Positions 39,693 to 50,057 of a DNA stretch of 64,000 bases are shown here, in pieces. Each line of letters begins with the position of its first letter. The stretch's first letter is position 1. The position numbers and the translations under genes were made by a program. The notes under the pieces were generated by a model. That model did not search any database and was not told where the DNA came from. It worked only from the letters and a program-made list of their open reading frames with translations. The DNA comes from an uncultured Rivularia sp. (GTDB taxonomy: Bacteria; Cyanobacteriota; Cyanobacteriia; Cyanobacteriales; Nostocaceae), in contig OY762007.1 of assembly GCA_963665115.1 (NCBI GenBank), forward strand, positions 8,512,001 through 8,576,000, written 5' to 3'.

Positions 39693-42600
39693 GTGAAAGG
39701 CTTTAATTCAAAGGTATTTGCTCTGGTTTCGTTTAGCAATATAATGCTTTCAACCCTTTTGATGTCTGTTGGGGTAGAGGCTGCTAAACCGAATTCTAAT
39801 TATATTGCTGCTGCTGACTTTTCAAATTTAGAATCAACGAAAAACCTAACCCCCCAGCCCCCTTCCCTACGAGGGAATGGGGAGAATTTAAAGCCTCTCT
39901 CCTTGCAGGAGAGAGGTTTGGAGAGAGGTTTTACAAGTACTGCGAAAACCCAGATTGTTGCTCAAGCTCCGACTCAACAGAAGTTGGAGCAGTTGGAAAG
40001 ACAGCAGGAAACTACTAATCAATATATTAATCAAACCACTTTCTTATTTAATACGCTGCTCGCTACGTTAGTTGTATTAATGATTGGGGTAATTATTTCG
40101 ATCTTTTTGTTAAGACGTGCGGTTTTTCGGGAAGTTACGAATTTGGTAACTGCACGTTTTAAGGAGTTGGGGGATTTAGAAGCGAAAATTGCTACTGCTA
40201 ATAAGCAGGTACAAAAACTGATTGAGGAAGCGGAAGATTCTGTTGATGAATTAAACCAAGAAGCGAAAGTACTTAGTCAAGATATTGGCAGCAAGCAGGA
40301 AGGTTTATCAATTTTAGTTTCCGATTTATCTGCGTCGAAGCAACAAGCTTTGTCGGAAATTGAATCGCAAATTGCTGTTTTTAAGCAAGCTTTGAATAAG
40401 TTGGATACGGAATTTACCGGAAAGCTGTCGGAGGTACAAGCGAATGCTCAACAGCAAGGTAATTCAATTATTCAAAATTTGGAAAGGTTGAGTGCAGAAT
40501 TCGCTCCCCAGATGCAGGGGTTGCAGTCGGAAGTGTTGCGGCAGAAAGATGATGTGGTGGAAACTCTCAAACATTCGCAAGTTGATTTTATCAGCGATTT
40601 AAAGGAACTTCAATTAGCGGCGGAGCAGCAGCGAGATTTGATTTTGGTTTCTTTGCAAAGTCTTTCTGCTGAATTTAAACCGAAGTTAAATGTACTGGAA
40701 GCCGATTTACAACAACATAAGGATTTAGCGGTAGAAAATATCAAGCAGTCGCAAACCGATTTTACAATTGAGTTACAGCAACTTCAATCGGCAACTCAAG
40801 CGCAGCAACAGCAAATTTTACAGAATTTACAGCAGCAAGAAGCGAATTTTGCTCCTCAATTATCGGCGATTCTTGCTCACGTACAATCTCAAAAAGATGC
40901 GATTATCGAGAATTTAAAGCTTTCCGAGAATCAGTTTGCATCTCATGTTTCTCAGTTACATAGTTCACTACAAACCCAAAAAGACGGAACTTTACAAAGG
41001 TTTGCCGGTACCGAATCCGAATTTAGCGATCAACTTTCCCAACTTCAGCAAGATGCTCAAAAACAGCGAGATGCTATTTTACAGAGTTTAGAAAAACTAG
41101 AAGACGATTTTGCACCGCAGCTTGAAGATATTGAAGCCGATGCCAGAGAAAAAGCGGGAAATTATAAGGATGAAACGCTGCAAAATCTAGAAAGATTGCG
41201 CGATGAAATTAACGCGGAGTTGCAGCAAGCTCAAAATTTGATTCAAGAGCAAGTTAATTCCACTCAAAATAATGTAGTTAATCTAGAAACTTCCGTCGTT
41301 GCCAAATTGAAGGAATCGCAATCGGGTATTCAAGAGCAGAGACAGGAAACTCTACAAAGTTTATCCCAACTTGAAACCGATTTAAGATCGCAATTTGCTG
41401 TTTTACAATCTGAGGTACAAGTGCGTAAAGATTCCGCTTACGAATTATTGCAAAATCTGGAAAAAGAAGCGAACAATAAAATATCAACTTCTACCACCGG
41501 AATTGAATCTCAGCAGAATCAAACTTTAGAAAGCTTGCAAAAATTAGAAAAAACCGCTCAAGAGCAACTTGCCGCTTTACAATCGGAAATTACCGCTCGT
41601 AAAGATTCCAGTTTGGATAAGTTGGATAAATTGGAATCGACTTTAAGCGAGCAATTAAAGTTAGTGCAGTCGGATGCAGAAGTTGAGAAGCAGCAGATAC
41701 TACAAAAGCTATCCGAAATTACACCGAGCGAAATAGCTTCTTCTGCCGTTGGCGAAATATTGCAAAAGCTAGAGAAGGTAGTTGAGCCAATTGAAAAACT
41801 CAAATTAAATCATCCCCAGCTATTTATTAACCTTGATGAATTTGTTACTCAGGGTAACGAGTTATTTGCAGCCGGGAATTATCAAGAAGCGATTGTTGCT
41901 TACGATAAAGCCTTAGAAGTGCAGCCAGAAAACGAAAAAATCTGGTATCAGAAAGGTTTAGCGCTGTGGGAAGTGAAACAATACGAAGACGCGATCGCAA
42001 CATTTGATAAAGTATTGGAAATCAACCCTTCCCACGCCGATAGCTGGTACCATCGCGGTTTAGCGTTGATGGAAATGAAACGTTATGAAGCTGCAATTTC
42101 GGCTTTTGGTAAAGTCGTCAAAAAGCAGCCAGATAACGAAAAGCTGTGGTTTGTCTTGGGAATGTGTTTGGGAAGAATCAAGCGTTACGAAGATGCAATT
42201 GCTGGTTTCGATCGAGCGTTGAAAATCAAACCGGATTATTATCAAGCTTGGGTTGATAAAGGTGTAATTTTAGGTAAATTGCAGCGTCACGAAGATGCAT
42301 TTCAAGCCTTTGATAAAGCAGTGGAAGTTGAGCCAGCTAATGCCACAGCTTGGATGAATCGCGGTATGGCTTTGGAAATGTTGGAGCGTTACGATGATGC
42401 TGTTGTTTCCTTTGATAAAGCAATTACCTTGTATCCTACCCCCAAAGCTTGGGATAAACGGGGTTACGTTTTAATTGAGTTGGAAAGAGATGAAGAAGCA
42501 TTAACTAGCTTTGATAAAGCATTGGAAATTGATGATAATTACGCAAGTGCTTTTTATAATAAAGCGATTGCTTTCAGTTATCAAAATAATGTTGATGAAG

Positions 42601-42722
42601 CGGTAGAGACTTTGCAAAAAGCGATTGAATTGAATGAAAAGTATAAAGAAGATGCTGTAAATGACCCAGATTTTGAAGCAATTGCCCAAGATGAGAGGTT
42701 TAAGGAATTGGTAAATGGGTAA
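39693..42722 (+). CDS. Membrane-anchored coiled-coil protein with C-terminal TPRs
   Basis: Signal-like N-terminus, TM helix, long Q/E/L-rich coiled coil, ~8 TPRs (YEDAIATFDKVL etc.). Confidence 0.9.
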   Translation: MKGFNSKVFALVSFSNIMLSTLLMSVGVEAAKPNSNYIAAADFSNLESTKNLTPQPPSLRGNGENLKPLSLQERGLERGFTSTAKTQIVAQAPTQQKLEQLERQQETTNQYINQTTFLFNTLLATLVVLMIGVIISIFLLRRAVFREVTNLVTARFKELGDLEAKIATANKQVQKLIEEAEDSVDELNQEAKVLSQDIGSKQEGLSILVSDLSASKQQALSEIESQIAVFKQALNKLDTEFTGKLSEVQANAQQQGNSIIQNLERLSAEFAPQMQGLQSEVLRQKDDVVETLKHSQVDFISDLKELQLAAEQQRDLILVSLQSLSAEFKPKLNVLEADLQQHKDLAVENIKQSQTDFTIELQQLQSATQAQQQQILQNLQQQEANFAPQLSAILAHVQSQKDAIIENLKLSENQFASHVSQLHSSLQTQKDGTLQRFAGTESEFSDQLSQLQQDAQKQRDAILQSLEKLEDDFAPQLEDIEADAREKAGNYKDETLQNLERLRDEINAELQQAQNLIQEQVNSTQNNVVNLETSVVAKLKESQSGIQEQRQETLQSLSQLETDLRSQFAVLQSEVQVRKDSAYELLQNLEKEANNKISTSTTGIESQQNQTLESLQKLEKTAQEQLAALQSEITARKDSSLDKLDKLESTLSEQLKLVQSDAEVEKQQILQKLSEITPSEIASSAVGEILQKLEKVVEPIEKLKLNHPQLFINLDEFVTQGNELFAAGNYQEAIVAYDKALEVQPENEKIWYQKGLALWEVKQYEDAIATFDKVLEINPSHADSWYHRGLALMEMKRYEAAISAFGKVVKKQPDNEKLWFVLGMCLGRIKRYEDAIAGFDRALKIKPDYYQAWVDKGVILGKLQRHEDAFQAFDKAVEVEPANATAWMNRGMALEMLERYDDAVVSFDKAITLYPTPKAWDKRGYVLIELERDEEALTSFDKALEIDDNYASAFYNKAIAFSYQNNVDEAVETLQKAIELNEKYKEDAVNDPDFEAIAQDERFKELVNG

Positions 42723-42919
42723 TTGGTAATTGGTAATTGTAGGGTGTGCCACGGCTTAAATAACTTTGGTGAGAAAGAGTTAATTTGTTGATGCCATAAC
42801 GCACCATTCGACAATTTAGAGAGTAGGTTGGGTTAGGTGCTTCGATCAATATGATTTTCAATCAAGGAATTGGAAATTGCACCGTAACCCAACATTATCT
42901 GTGGTTGTTTCAAATTATT

Positions 42920-42992
42920 GATGTTGGGTTACGACAGGATTCAAGGTTATCGTTTTCAATCTAATTCCTAAACGTGTCTAAACCAATCTACA
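42920..42992. repeat. SDR (GTTGGGTTACGACA..TGTCTAACCCAACCTAC), direct repeat with 43808-43880
   Basis: Visual alignment of both copies. Confidence 0.8.
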
Positions 42993-43004
42993 AACTACAA
43001 ACTA

Positions 43005-43484
43005 ATGAGATTTAATCATAAAATCAAAATAAACCTTCAAGAATTTATAACTTTAGGTAAATTTGATTGTATCGAAATAGGACAAACTAAAGAATGGATT
43101 TTACATAATTTTCCCGATCCAGATGATATTATGGCAGGAAAGTCTGTTGATAATTCTGCTATCTGGCGTTATGGGAATATTGAATTTCATTTCATAGAAG
43201 ACAAACTGGGAATGATTTTCTGCGATTATATTCGAGATATGGATGGAGGTGATTCTTTAGATTTAGATGCATCTTTCTTTCATAATCTTAATAGTCTAAC
43301 CTTTTCTTCTATTTCAAATAAATTAACATCCCTACAAGTAAATTACTCTATTGAACATAAACTATTGTTCAATCAAGTAATTCTTAAAGTTAGCGAAAAA
43401 AATTTTAATATGACCTTTGAAAAAATTAATCATGAGATTAATGACCCTAATAATTTTCTAATATTTGCATTATGGAAAAAGTAG
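43005..43484 (+). CDS. Hypothetical protein (very AT-rich)
   Basis: 159-aa ORF; HNFPDPD, IWRYGNIEFHF. Confidence 0.7.
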   Translation: MRFNHKIKINLQEFITLGKFDCIEIGQTKEWILHNFPDPDDIMAGKSVDNSAIWRYGNIEFHFIEDKLGMIFCDYIRDMDGGDSLDLDASFFHNLNSLTFSSISNKLTSLQVNYSIEHKLLFNQVILKVSEKNFNMTFEKINHEINDPNNFLIFALWKK

Positions 43485-43581
43485 ATTAGAGTATAAAAAT
43501 TTTAAAATTATTCTCCCTTATTGTCAAACTCTAGATAACTCATTATTCTTGAAACAGAAACCATAAATTAGTATAAATACA

Positions 43582-43794
43582 ATGACAACCAATACCTCTT
43601 TAGAGAGAAGACTTGCAGCAGTAGAAGCGGCGATCGCCAAATTGCAGAAGCAAGTCGGTACTCCTGAATCAAACAATTGGCTGCAACAAACTACAGGTTC
43701 TTTTAAAGATGAACCCGCTTTTGAGGAAGTGCTTGCTTATGGTAAAGCAATTCGTCAAGGTGATGAATCTATGCTTGAAGAAGATGAATTATGA
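43582..43794 (+). CDS. Putative type II antitoxin
   Basis: 70 aa, WLQQTTGSFKDEPAFEEVL; stop overlaps ATGA of a truncated MKYL ORF. Confidence 0.6.
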   Translation: MTTNTSLERRLAAVEAAIAKLQKQVGTPESNNWLQQTTGSFKDEPAFEEVLAYGKAIRQGDESMLEEDEL

Positions 43795-43896
43795 AATATC
43801 TGTGTTGATGTTGGGTTACGACACGATTTAAAGTAATTGTTTTTAATCAAATTCCTAAACGTGTCTAACCCAACCTACAAATATTATCTTATTCTG

Positions 43897-45447
43897 TCAA
43901 CCCCGAATCACAGTAATATCTCGTTGATTCTCAGTCTTCACAATTTCCGTTGACAAACGTTCTTCAATTGGTAAAGCATTTTTGCGTCTATCAAATATAA
44001 ATAACCAACCTTCATTCAATCCCAAACGAGCTAAATAGGATTCTAATTGCTCGATTCCATCATTTTGGGGGTCGCGTTTTTTCTCACGCCATACTTTTAA
44101 TTCTATTCCCAAGGTAACGCTTTTATAACGTAAACATAAATCCATTCTGTCACTACCAATTGCATATTCGCGCTCTAATGTTCCACCACCGTTGACAACC
44201 CGATGTAAGAAAGCCATTAATACAATGTGAGGTGCAATTTCATGATAGCTAGTGCTTCTCAATAACGGTTCTCCATGCTGTCGCCAAAATTTGATAAATG
44301 CTTCCAATAAAGCATCTTTATTTAATTTCCCTTCAGAAGTTAACCAGCTAGGACTAATAAGAGGTAAACTATCTTGGGTTCCTTGTACTAAAACATAGGG
44401 AATTACTTCGCGGTAAATCGGGTTAGCAATTACTAGTCCCCCCATAGGGTCGCGTCGCAACAATCCCAAATCGATTAAATATTGTCGGTCATCATTGGAA
44501 GTATCACCTAATGCTTGTCCCGATAATATTGGTTCAATAATGTTTTTAACTCGTTGTTCTCTGAGTTTTTCTGCAAGGGAATCGAGATGAGTATCTTGAC
44601 GAGCAATTAATATTTCTTTTGCTTCTAAAATATGTTCTTGGGTAATAGGAATATTTCTATCCTTAACCATTTTTTCTACAACTTCTTTAGCTAATGCATT
44701 GACTAACCAAGGTTGTCCTTGTGTTAAATCAAATGCTGTTGCTGTTGCTTCTGGTGTAAAAATTTGTCCCGTTTCTTCTGTATGTTGTTGATATAATTCT
44801 TCTACTTCTGCTGCATTAAAATTTCTCAGAGTAATAGAACTAACTTTAATATTAAAAGGACTGGCTGTATTTAATCTGTCACTCCCACCTGAAGCAACTT
44901 TGTAATCCCTTACGTCTCTTAAACCAATTAATCCCACAGATGAAGGAAAACTTTCTGGACGATTGGGAAAACCATCCCGTAATTGTCGTAACACCGAAAT
45001 CAAAGTGTCATTTTGTAAAGAATCGATTTCATCAATAAATAATACCAAAGGTCGTGACAAAGCCTGCGCCCAAACCTGTAAACTAGCTTGGATTCTTTGC
45101 CCTGGTTCATCATAAACCCAAGTAGAAGGTTGTAAATCTTTGGGTAAGCGAATATCAATTGTATTTCGCCAAGAACCTAATATAGCTAATTCTGCTGCAC
45201 TGGGGTCATTATTAAAAGCACTTCCGACTTCTACCGATACCATCACAGATGCATAACGTCCGTTTTCGGTTAATTGCTTCGCTAGTGCTAGCATTGCGGT
45301 TGTTTTACCCGTTTGTCGAGGAGCATGAACGACAAAATAACTTTCTTGGTGGATGGTGGTTTCTAAGTCGGGTAAGCGACTAGTAGCTGGGAGCATATAG
45401 TGCTTGTTTGGTTTACATGGACCAGCAGTATTGAACCAGCGAGACAT
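43897..45447 (-). CDS. AAA-family ATPase with C-terminal PD-(D/E)XK-like domain
   Basis: APRQTGKTT Walker A, LFIDEID Walker B, RMDLCL..GIELK. Confidence 0.88.
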   Translation of the reverse strand: MSRWFNTAGPCKPNKHYMLPATSRLPDLETTIHQESYFVVHAPRQTGKTTAMLALAKQLTENGRYASVMVSVEVGSAFNNDPSAAELAILGSWRNTIDIRLPKDLQPSTWVYDEPGQRIQASLQVWAQALSRPLVLFIDEIDSLQNDTLISVLRQLRDGFPNRPESFPSSVGLIGLRDVRDYKVASGGSDRLNTASPFNIKVSSITLRNFNAAEVEELYQQHTEETGQIFTPEATATAFDLTQGQPWLVNALAKEVVEKMVKDRNIPITQEHILEAKEILIARQDTHLDSLAEKLREQRVKNIIEPILSGQALGDTSNDDRQYLIDLGLLRRDPMGGLVIANPIYREVIPYVLVQGTQDSLPLISPSWLTSEGKLNKDALLEAFIKFWRQHGEPLLRSTSYHEIAPHIVLMAFLHRVVNGGGTLEREYAIGSDRMDLCLRYKSVTLGIELKVWREKKRDPQNDGIEQLESYLARLGLNEGWLFIFDRRKNALPIEERLSTEIVKTENQRDITVIRG

Positions 45448-45553
45448 TTAGTTTTTATCAATTAGCGGACACTTTGAGTTTAGACGATTTTGGGGAAAGG
45501 GATTTTTCAATTTGACGAATAATACTGATAAGTGGTTAGCAAGAGTTATTTCA

Positions 45554-45700
45554 ATGAATAAATATCTTAAAATGGTATGGCTTTTTGCTGTATTAATCGG
45601 ATTAATTGGCTTCGCGACGATTTATCAAGCAATCGTCACAAAATACGAACTCCGCAAATTTCCACCATAGGGGAAACTGATTGATGTCGATGGAAAATTA
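45554..45700 (+). pseudogene. 5' remnant of a membrane-anchored alpha/beta hydrolase
   Basis: MNKYLKMVW..IYQAIVTKYELRKFPP*GKLIDVDG, then lost. Confidence 0.55.
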
Positions 45701-45799
45701 AAAAAGTACGTTAAAAATTATCCGCAAGCCCAATTCCACCAAATACGCAGTTCTTAAAGTAACATAGTAATACTTATATTCTTTTTTAAAATAAAAACG

Positions 45800-46222
45800 A
45801 TGGATTTGACTCAATTGATGTTGATACTGGCAACGGTAGTGGGTGTGGTAAATGGGGAAACGATTCAGGCTAAAAATGCTCAAGGGCAAAAAGCTACTAT
45901 AAAACTTGCTTGCATTCACATACCGACTCGAAAATCCCGCAGAGATCAAGCTAATCAAAGATTGAAGCAGCTTTTACCCAAAGGTAATCCGGTAGTGATT
46001 CGATTTGCAGATACCTATGGAAATGACCAAATTGTTGGAGAAGTCTTTTCAAATAATCAATCGATAAATCTGCAAATGGTGAAAGAAGGTAAAGCTGTTG
46101 TCGATAAATTATCTGTAGAGCAAAATTGTTATGAAAGCAGAATCCAATTTATGGTAGCAGAAGCGAATGCTAAACAACGAGGTTTGGGTTTGTGGGAAAA
46201 ATCCAGATATGTGATGAATTAG
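45800..46222 (+). CDS. Thermonuclease (SNase)-like protein, degenerate active site
   Basis: VVNGETI, IKLACIHIP, SINLQMVKEGKA, AEANAKQRGLGLW. Confidence 0.8.
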   Translation: MDLTQLMLILATVVGVVNGETIQAKNAQGQKATIKLACIHIPTRKSRRDQANQRLKQLLPKGNPVVIRFADTYGNDQIVGEVFSNNQSINLQMVKEGKAVVDKLSVEQNCYESRIQFMVAEANAKQRGLGLWEKSRYVMN

Positions 46223-46634
46223 CGAGCAGTTAGCAGTAGTGTTCGCATCTTGCTGCCTAATTACTTACATAATAAGCTGATGTGCAGCTAAATTGTATAA
46301 AACAAAATTTGGTAATTATTGTAGTGCGGGCATCTTGCCCGCTAGTACTATACAAATTAAGTGCGTAACAACTTAGCAAATAAAATATAACCTCACCCTC
46401 GCTTTACCTGTGGTAAATCTTTCCCTCTCCTTGACAAGGAGAGGGTAGGGTGAGGTTTTAAAATACCTACATTCATATTTTCGGGAATTACTGACAAGTA
46501 AACTGTATATTTATTCCATACATACTAAATATATGTTCATTTCTTCGTAGAAAACTACAATAGGGAACATATTTTTTATACTTTACATTCTTAACTATTA
46601 ATCTCAAAATTACTTTAGTAACAGAGATTGTACT

Positions 46635-48638
46635 ATGGGAGAACATAAATCAGCTACAGATGAACGTTTTTTAGTTTGTGGTTTGGGAGGATTGGGGCAG
46701 CACTGTGTGGCTGCGCTGAAACAATTTGGTGTAGAGGTTGTCGGAATTGAGTTGGTACAGCCAAAGAGTTGGAGAATTCCGGGTGTAGAAAATTTACTCG
46801 ATGACTTAATTATTGGTGACTGTCGGCAAAATAGCGTTTTTGAACGTGCAAAAATCGAACATTGTCGAGCCGTATTGATTGTCACGAGCGACGAACTTAT
46901 TAATGCCGAAACTGCGATCGCTGTAAGACAACTCAACAAAAATGCTCGTTTGGTGGTACGCTCGACGAAGGAAAATCTAAATCAACTTTTAGAGGAACAG
47001 TTAACTAATTTTGTGGCTTTCGATCCCATTCATTTGTCTGCTGCATCTTTTGCTTTGGCAGCTTTGGGGGGAGATTCGTTAGGCTTTTTTAATTTAGACG
47101 GTAATTGGTTGGGAATATTTCAGCATACAGTTCATTATGGGGATAATTTTCACCGTCGCAAGTTATTTGAGATAAATTCTGGTTCTCGAATACTGCTTTG
47201 TTATTTATCAAATAATTATAATAGCTTCGATTGTTTCTATGATTGGGATTCTGAATCAATAATTCAAGAAGGTTCAACTTTTATATATGTAGAACAATTC
47301 GATCGATTGATATCAAAACAACAAAAAAACCAGGCTAATAACGCTCGCAAGAAGAAGCGAATATGGCAAAAACCAACCGATTTTATCGGTAAAATTAGAA
47401 TTAGAAAAAAAATATTAGAATATTGGCATTCAGCTTCGCAAGTTCGTCGGGTGGTAATTGTTTCTGGTTTAGTTACAGTTAGTTTAGCAATCTTGGGAAC
47501 GGTACTTTTTGAGTTTTTGCTGAATTATAATACTGATACACTCAATCCTTTTTATATAGCAATTAGTTTATTGCTAGGAGGATATGCAGATTTTCTATAT
47601 ACCGAAAAACCAGAGAATCTAATTGTGCAAATTGTAGCTTTAGCGTTAGCGGTAGCTGGAACTGCTTTTGTAGGTGTATTATACGCCTTAGCTACTGAAA
47701 AACTTTTATCTACAAAATTTCTATTTTCCAACCGGCGCTCTCAAGTACCCGAAGAAGAACATATAGTAATTATTGGGATTAAAAGAGTTGGAAGCAAGGT
47801 AGCAAAATTATTACAACAATTCAATCAACCTGTAGTAGCGATTGTTTTAGAAGACGACTTTGATAACAATCATTTACCGAATATACCTTTATTTGCTGGG
47901 GATTTAAACGAGTCTTTAAATAAAGTCAATATTTCCACCGCCAAGAGTATAATTGCTACGAGCGAAGACGAAATGTTAAATGTAGAAATGGGGTTAAAAG
48001 TTCGTAAAATTAACCCCGAAAGTAGCTTAATAATTCGTACTTTCGGGCAACGCTTAAGCGAAAATTTAGCTCAAATTCTACCCAAAGCTCAGATTATCTC
48101 AGCTTATGCAGTAGCAGCAGAAGCATTTGCAGGAGCCGCATTTGGTGAAAACATTCTTGATTTATTCCGCCTCGACAATCAAACAATTTTAGTAACCGAA
48201 TATCAATTTAGCGAAACCGATACTTTAAACGGTTTAATGCTTTCCGAAATTGCTTATGGTTACGGAGTCGTACCAATTTTATATCAAAATCCACCACATC
48301 CGGTGGAATTAATGCCGAGAGATTACAAAAAAATAGAACCAGGTATCCGCTTAGTTGTACTCGCAACCATCGACGGATTGAAAAGAATGGAACAAGGAAA
48401 AATTGGTATTAATCCCAAGCACTGGCAAATAGTAATTGAAAGCGCAACAACAGAAGAAGCTAGATTTGATGGTGCAAATCAAATAGCCAAGATTTCTCAC
48501 TTTCCTTTAGACAAGGCTAGAGAATTAATCGATAATTTACCTCAGACTTTACCAGTACCTCTATATAAACTTCAAGCACAACATTTAATCAGAGTTTTGC
48601 AAAAGCATCAGGTGATGGCTAGTTTGAAAAAAATTTAG
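46635..48638 (+). CDS. Potassium channel-like protein with TrkA-N/TrkA-C (RCK) domains
   Basis: VCGLGGLG NAD-binding motif, two RCK sets flanking TM-pore-TM. Confidence 0.85.
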   Translation: MGEHKSATDERFLVCGLGGLGQHCVAALKQFGVEVVGIELVQPKSWRIPGVENLLDDLIIGDCRQNSVFERAKIEHCRAVLIVTSDELINAETAIAVRQLNKNARLVVRSTKENLNQLLEEQLTNFVAFDPIHLSAASFALAALGGDSLGFFNLDGNWLGIFQHTVHYGDNFHRRKLFEINSGSRILLCYLSNNYNSFDCFYDWDSESIIQEGSTFIYVEQFDRLISKQQKNQANNARKKKRIWQKPTDFIGKIRIRKKILEYWHSASQVRRVVIVSGLVTVSLAILGTVLFEFLLNYNTDTLNPFYIAISLLLGGYADFLYTEKPENLIVQIVALALAVAGTAFVGVLYALATEKLLSTKFLFSNRRSQVPEEEHIVIIGIKRVGSKVAKLLQQFNQPVVAIVLEDDFDNNHLPNIPLFAGDLNESLNKVNISTAKSIIATSEDEMLNVEMGLKVRKINPESSLIIRTFGQRLSENLAQILPKAQIISAYAVAAEAFAGAAFGENILDLFRLDNQTILVTEYQFSETDTLNGLMLSEIAYGYGVVPILYQNPPHPVELMPRDYKKIEPGIRLVVLATIDGLKRMEQGKIGINPKHWQIVIESATTEEARFDGANQIAKISHFPLDKARELIDNLPQTLPVPLYKLQAQHLIRVLQKHQVMASLKKI

Positions 48639-48854
48639 AAAGTTTGAGGTAATTGGTGATGGGTAATGGGTAATTGGTAATAAAAAAAATATTTATACCT
48701 CAGTATCTAGTAAGTAATTAACTGAAGATGATACAAGTATTAATGAGTTAGTAATTATACTGTTGAGATTTAATACAAAGTGTTAGATTTAACTTGATTA
48801 TTTCTATTGTGCTGGGTTTAATAACCTTGTTGATATTAAAACTACTATCAGTTA

Positions 48855-49412
48855 ATGAAACTTACACGTTTAATGTGTATGGCATTAATGGGAATAACTA
48901 TAGTAAATGCTAAACCGGCTATAGCTGCTCCCAAACGGCAGAATAAACATTCTATTCACAATTTTACTTATTGGTGCCAGAAGAAAGATAGTTTACCCGA
49001 ACAAACTCAGTATACTGTTAAAGTTTTACTACAAAAAGCTGGTACTCAAAATTGCGATCGCGCAGAGAAAAAACTGAAAAAATTGCGGGTACTCGATCTT
49101 TCTTCCCATGACATCAGCGACTTGTCACCCCTTGCTCAATTAACTAATTTGAGGGAACTTTATCTTTCTTATAATCAAATTCGTGATTTATCTCCCCTTG
49201 CTCAATTAACAAACTTAAACTTTCTTTTCCTTGAATCAAATCAGATAGGTGATTTATCCCCGCTTTCCCAATTAACCAATTTAAATTGGCTTTTTGTTGG
49301 CGAAAATCCGATTGAGAACAAAACTTGTCCCGTCAAACCAGCATCTATATGTGAATTTGACGCAAATACCGACGAGGAAATTTTATTTGAAGATATGGAG
49401 GTAATAGTCTAA
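48855..49412 (+). CDS. Secreted leucine-rich repeat (internalin-like) protein
   Basis: Signal peptide; 22-aa LxxLxLxxNQIxDLSPL repeats. Confidence 0.9.
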   Translation: MKLTRLMCMALMGITIVNAKPAIAAPKRQNKHSIHNFTYWCQKKDSLPEQTQYTVKVLLQKAGTQNCDRAEKKLKKLRVLDLSSHDISDLSPLAQLTNLRELYLSYNQIRDLSPLAQLTNLNFLFLESNQIGDLSPLSQLTNLNWLFVGENPIENKTCPVKPASICEFDANTDEEILFEDMEVIV

Positions 49413-49499
49413 CCTCCATGAAGATAAGTTAAAACGTATTTAAATTTGATGTTCAGCTTAGCCCACGCAGGTGGGCTAAGCTGAATCTTCGTACAGAAA

Positions 49500-49788
49500 T
49501 GACGTTTTTTGAAGCCTTTTCACCATTAAATATGAAAGTTCCATCGTCATCTATTAACCATAGATTTAATAATTGAGTTTTGGAACCAGTGATTACCTGC
49601 TTCACGACGCAAACCATAAATACCATCACCAGTTTTGCAAGCTGATAAAACGACTAATTCTGTACCTCGTAAATTCAATCCTGCATATTCCTGTTTTGTT
49701 TATTTTGACGATTATTGAAACCTGCTAATGCTAAACCAGAACCTAATAAAAGATTTTCTAACTGCTTATTAAAATCATTTATTGTCAT
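49500..49788 (-). pseudogene. Degenerate CHAT (caspase HetF-like) domain fragment
   Basis: Across frames: ENLLLGSGLALAGFN / GLNLRGTELVVLSACKTG / GIYGLRR / LNLWLIDDDGT. Confidence 0.7.
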
Positions 49789-50057
49789 ACTTACTTTTTT
49801 TGATTTTGTAGAAAGAATTCGTGCCCGCTAAATGTATAAAACTAGGTGTTTCTAATTGTTTGATAGTGGTTTATGTCGCTTTTTCACCTGTAACAATATT
49901 AATGTTATGAAAGATTGATTTGATTTGTTTACCTTATTAAAAAGTTGCTGCGAGCGAGCGAAATTTCAAATTAGTAATGTTATTAGGTAACATCCTCAAG
50001 AATTGCGACCAAGTACGATCAACTTAACTAGATACTAGCAATAATAAAATAACTCTT

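Noticed and set aside
49800..50057. NtcA box upstream of glnN
   Set aside because: No exact GTA-N8-TAC match found.
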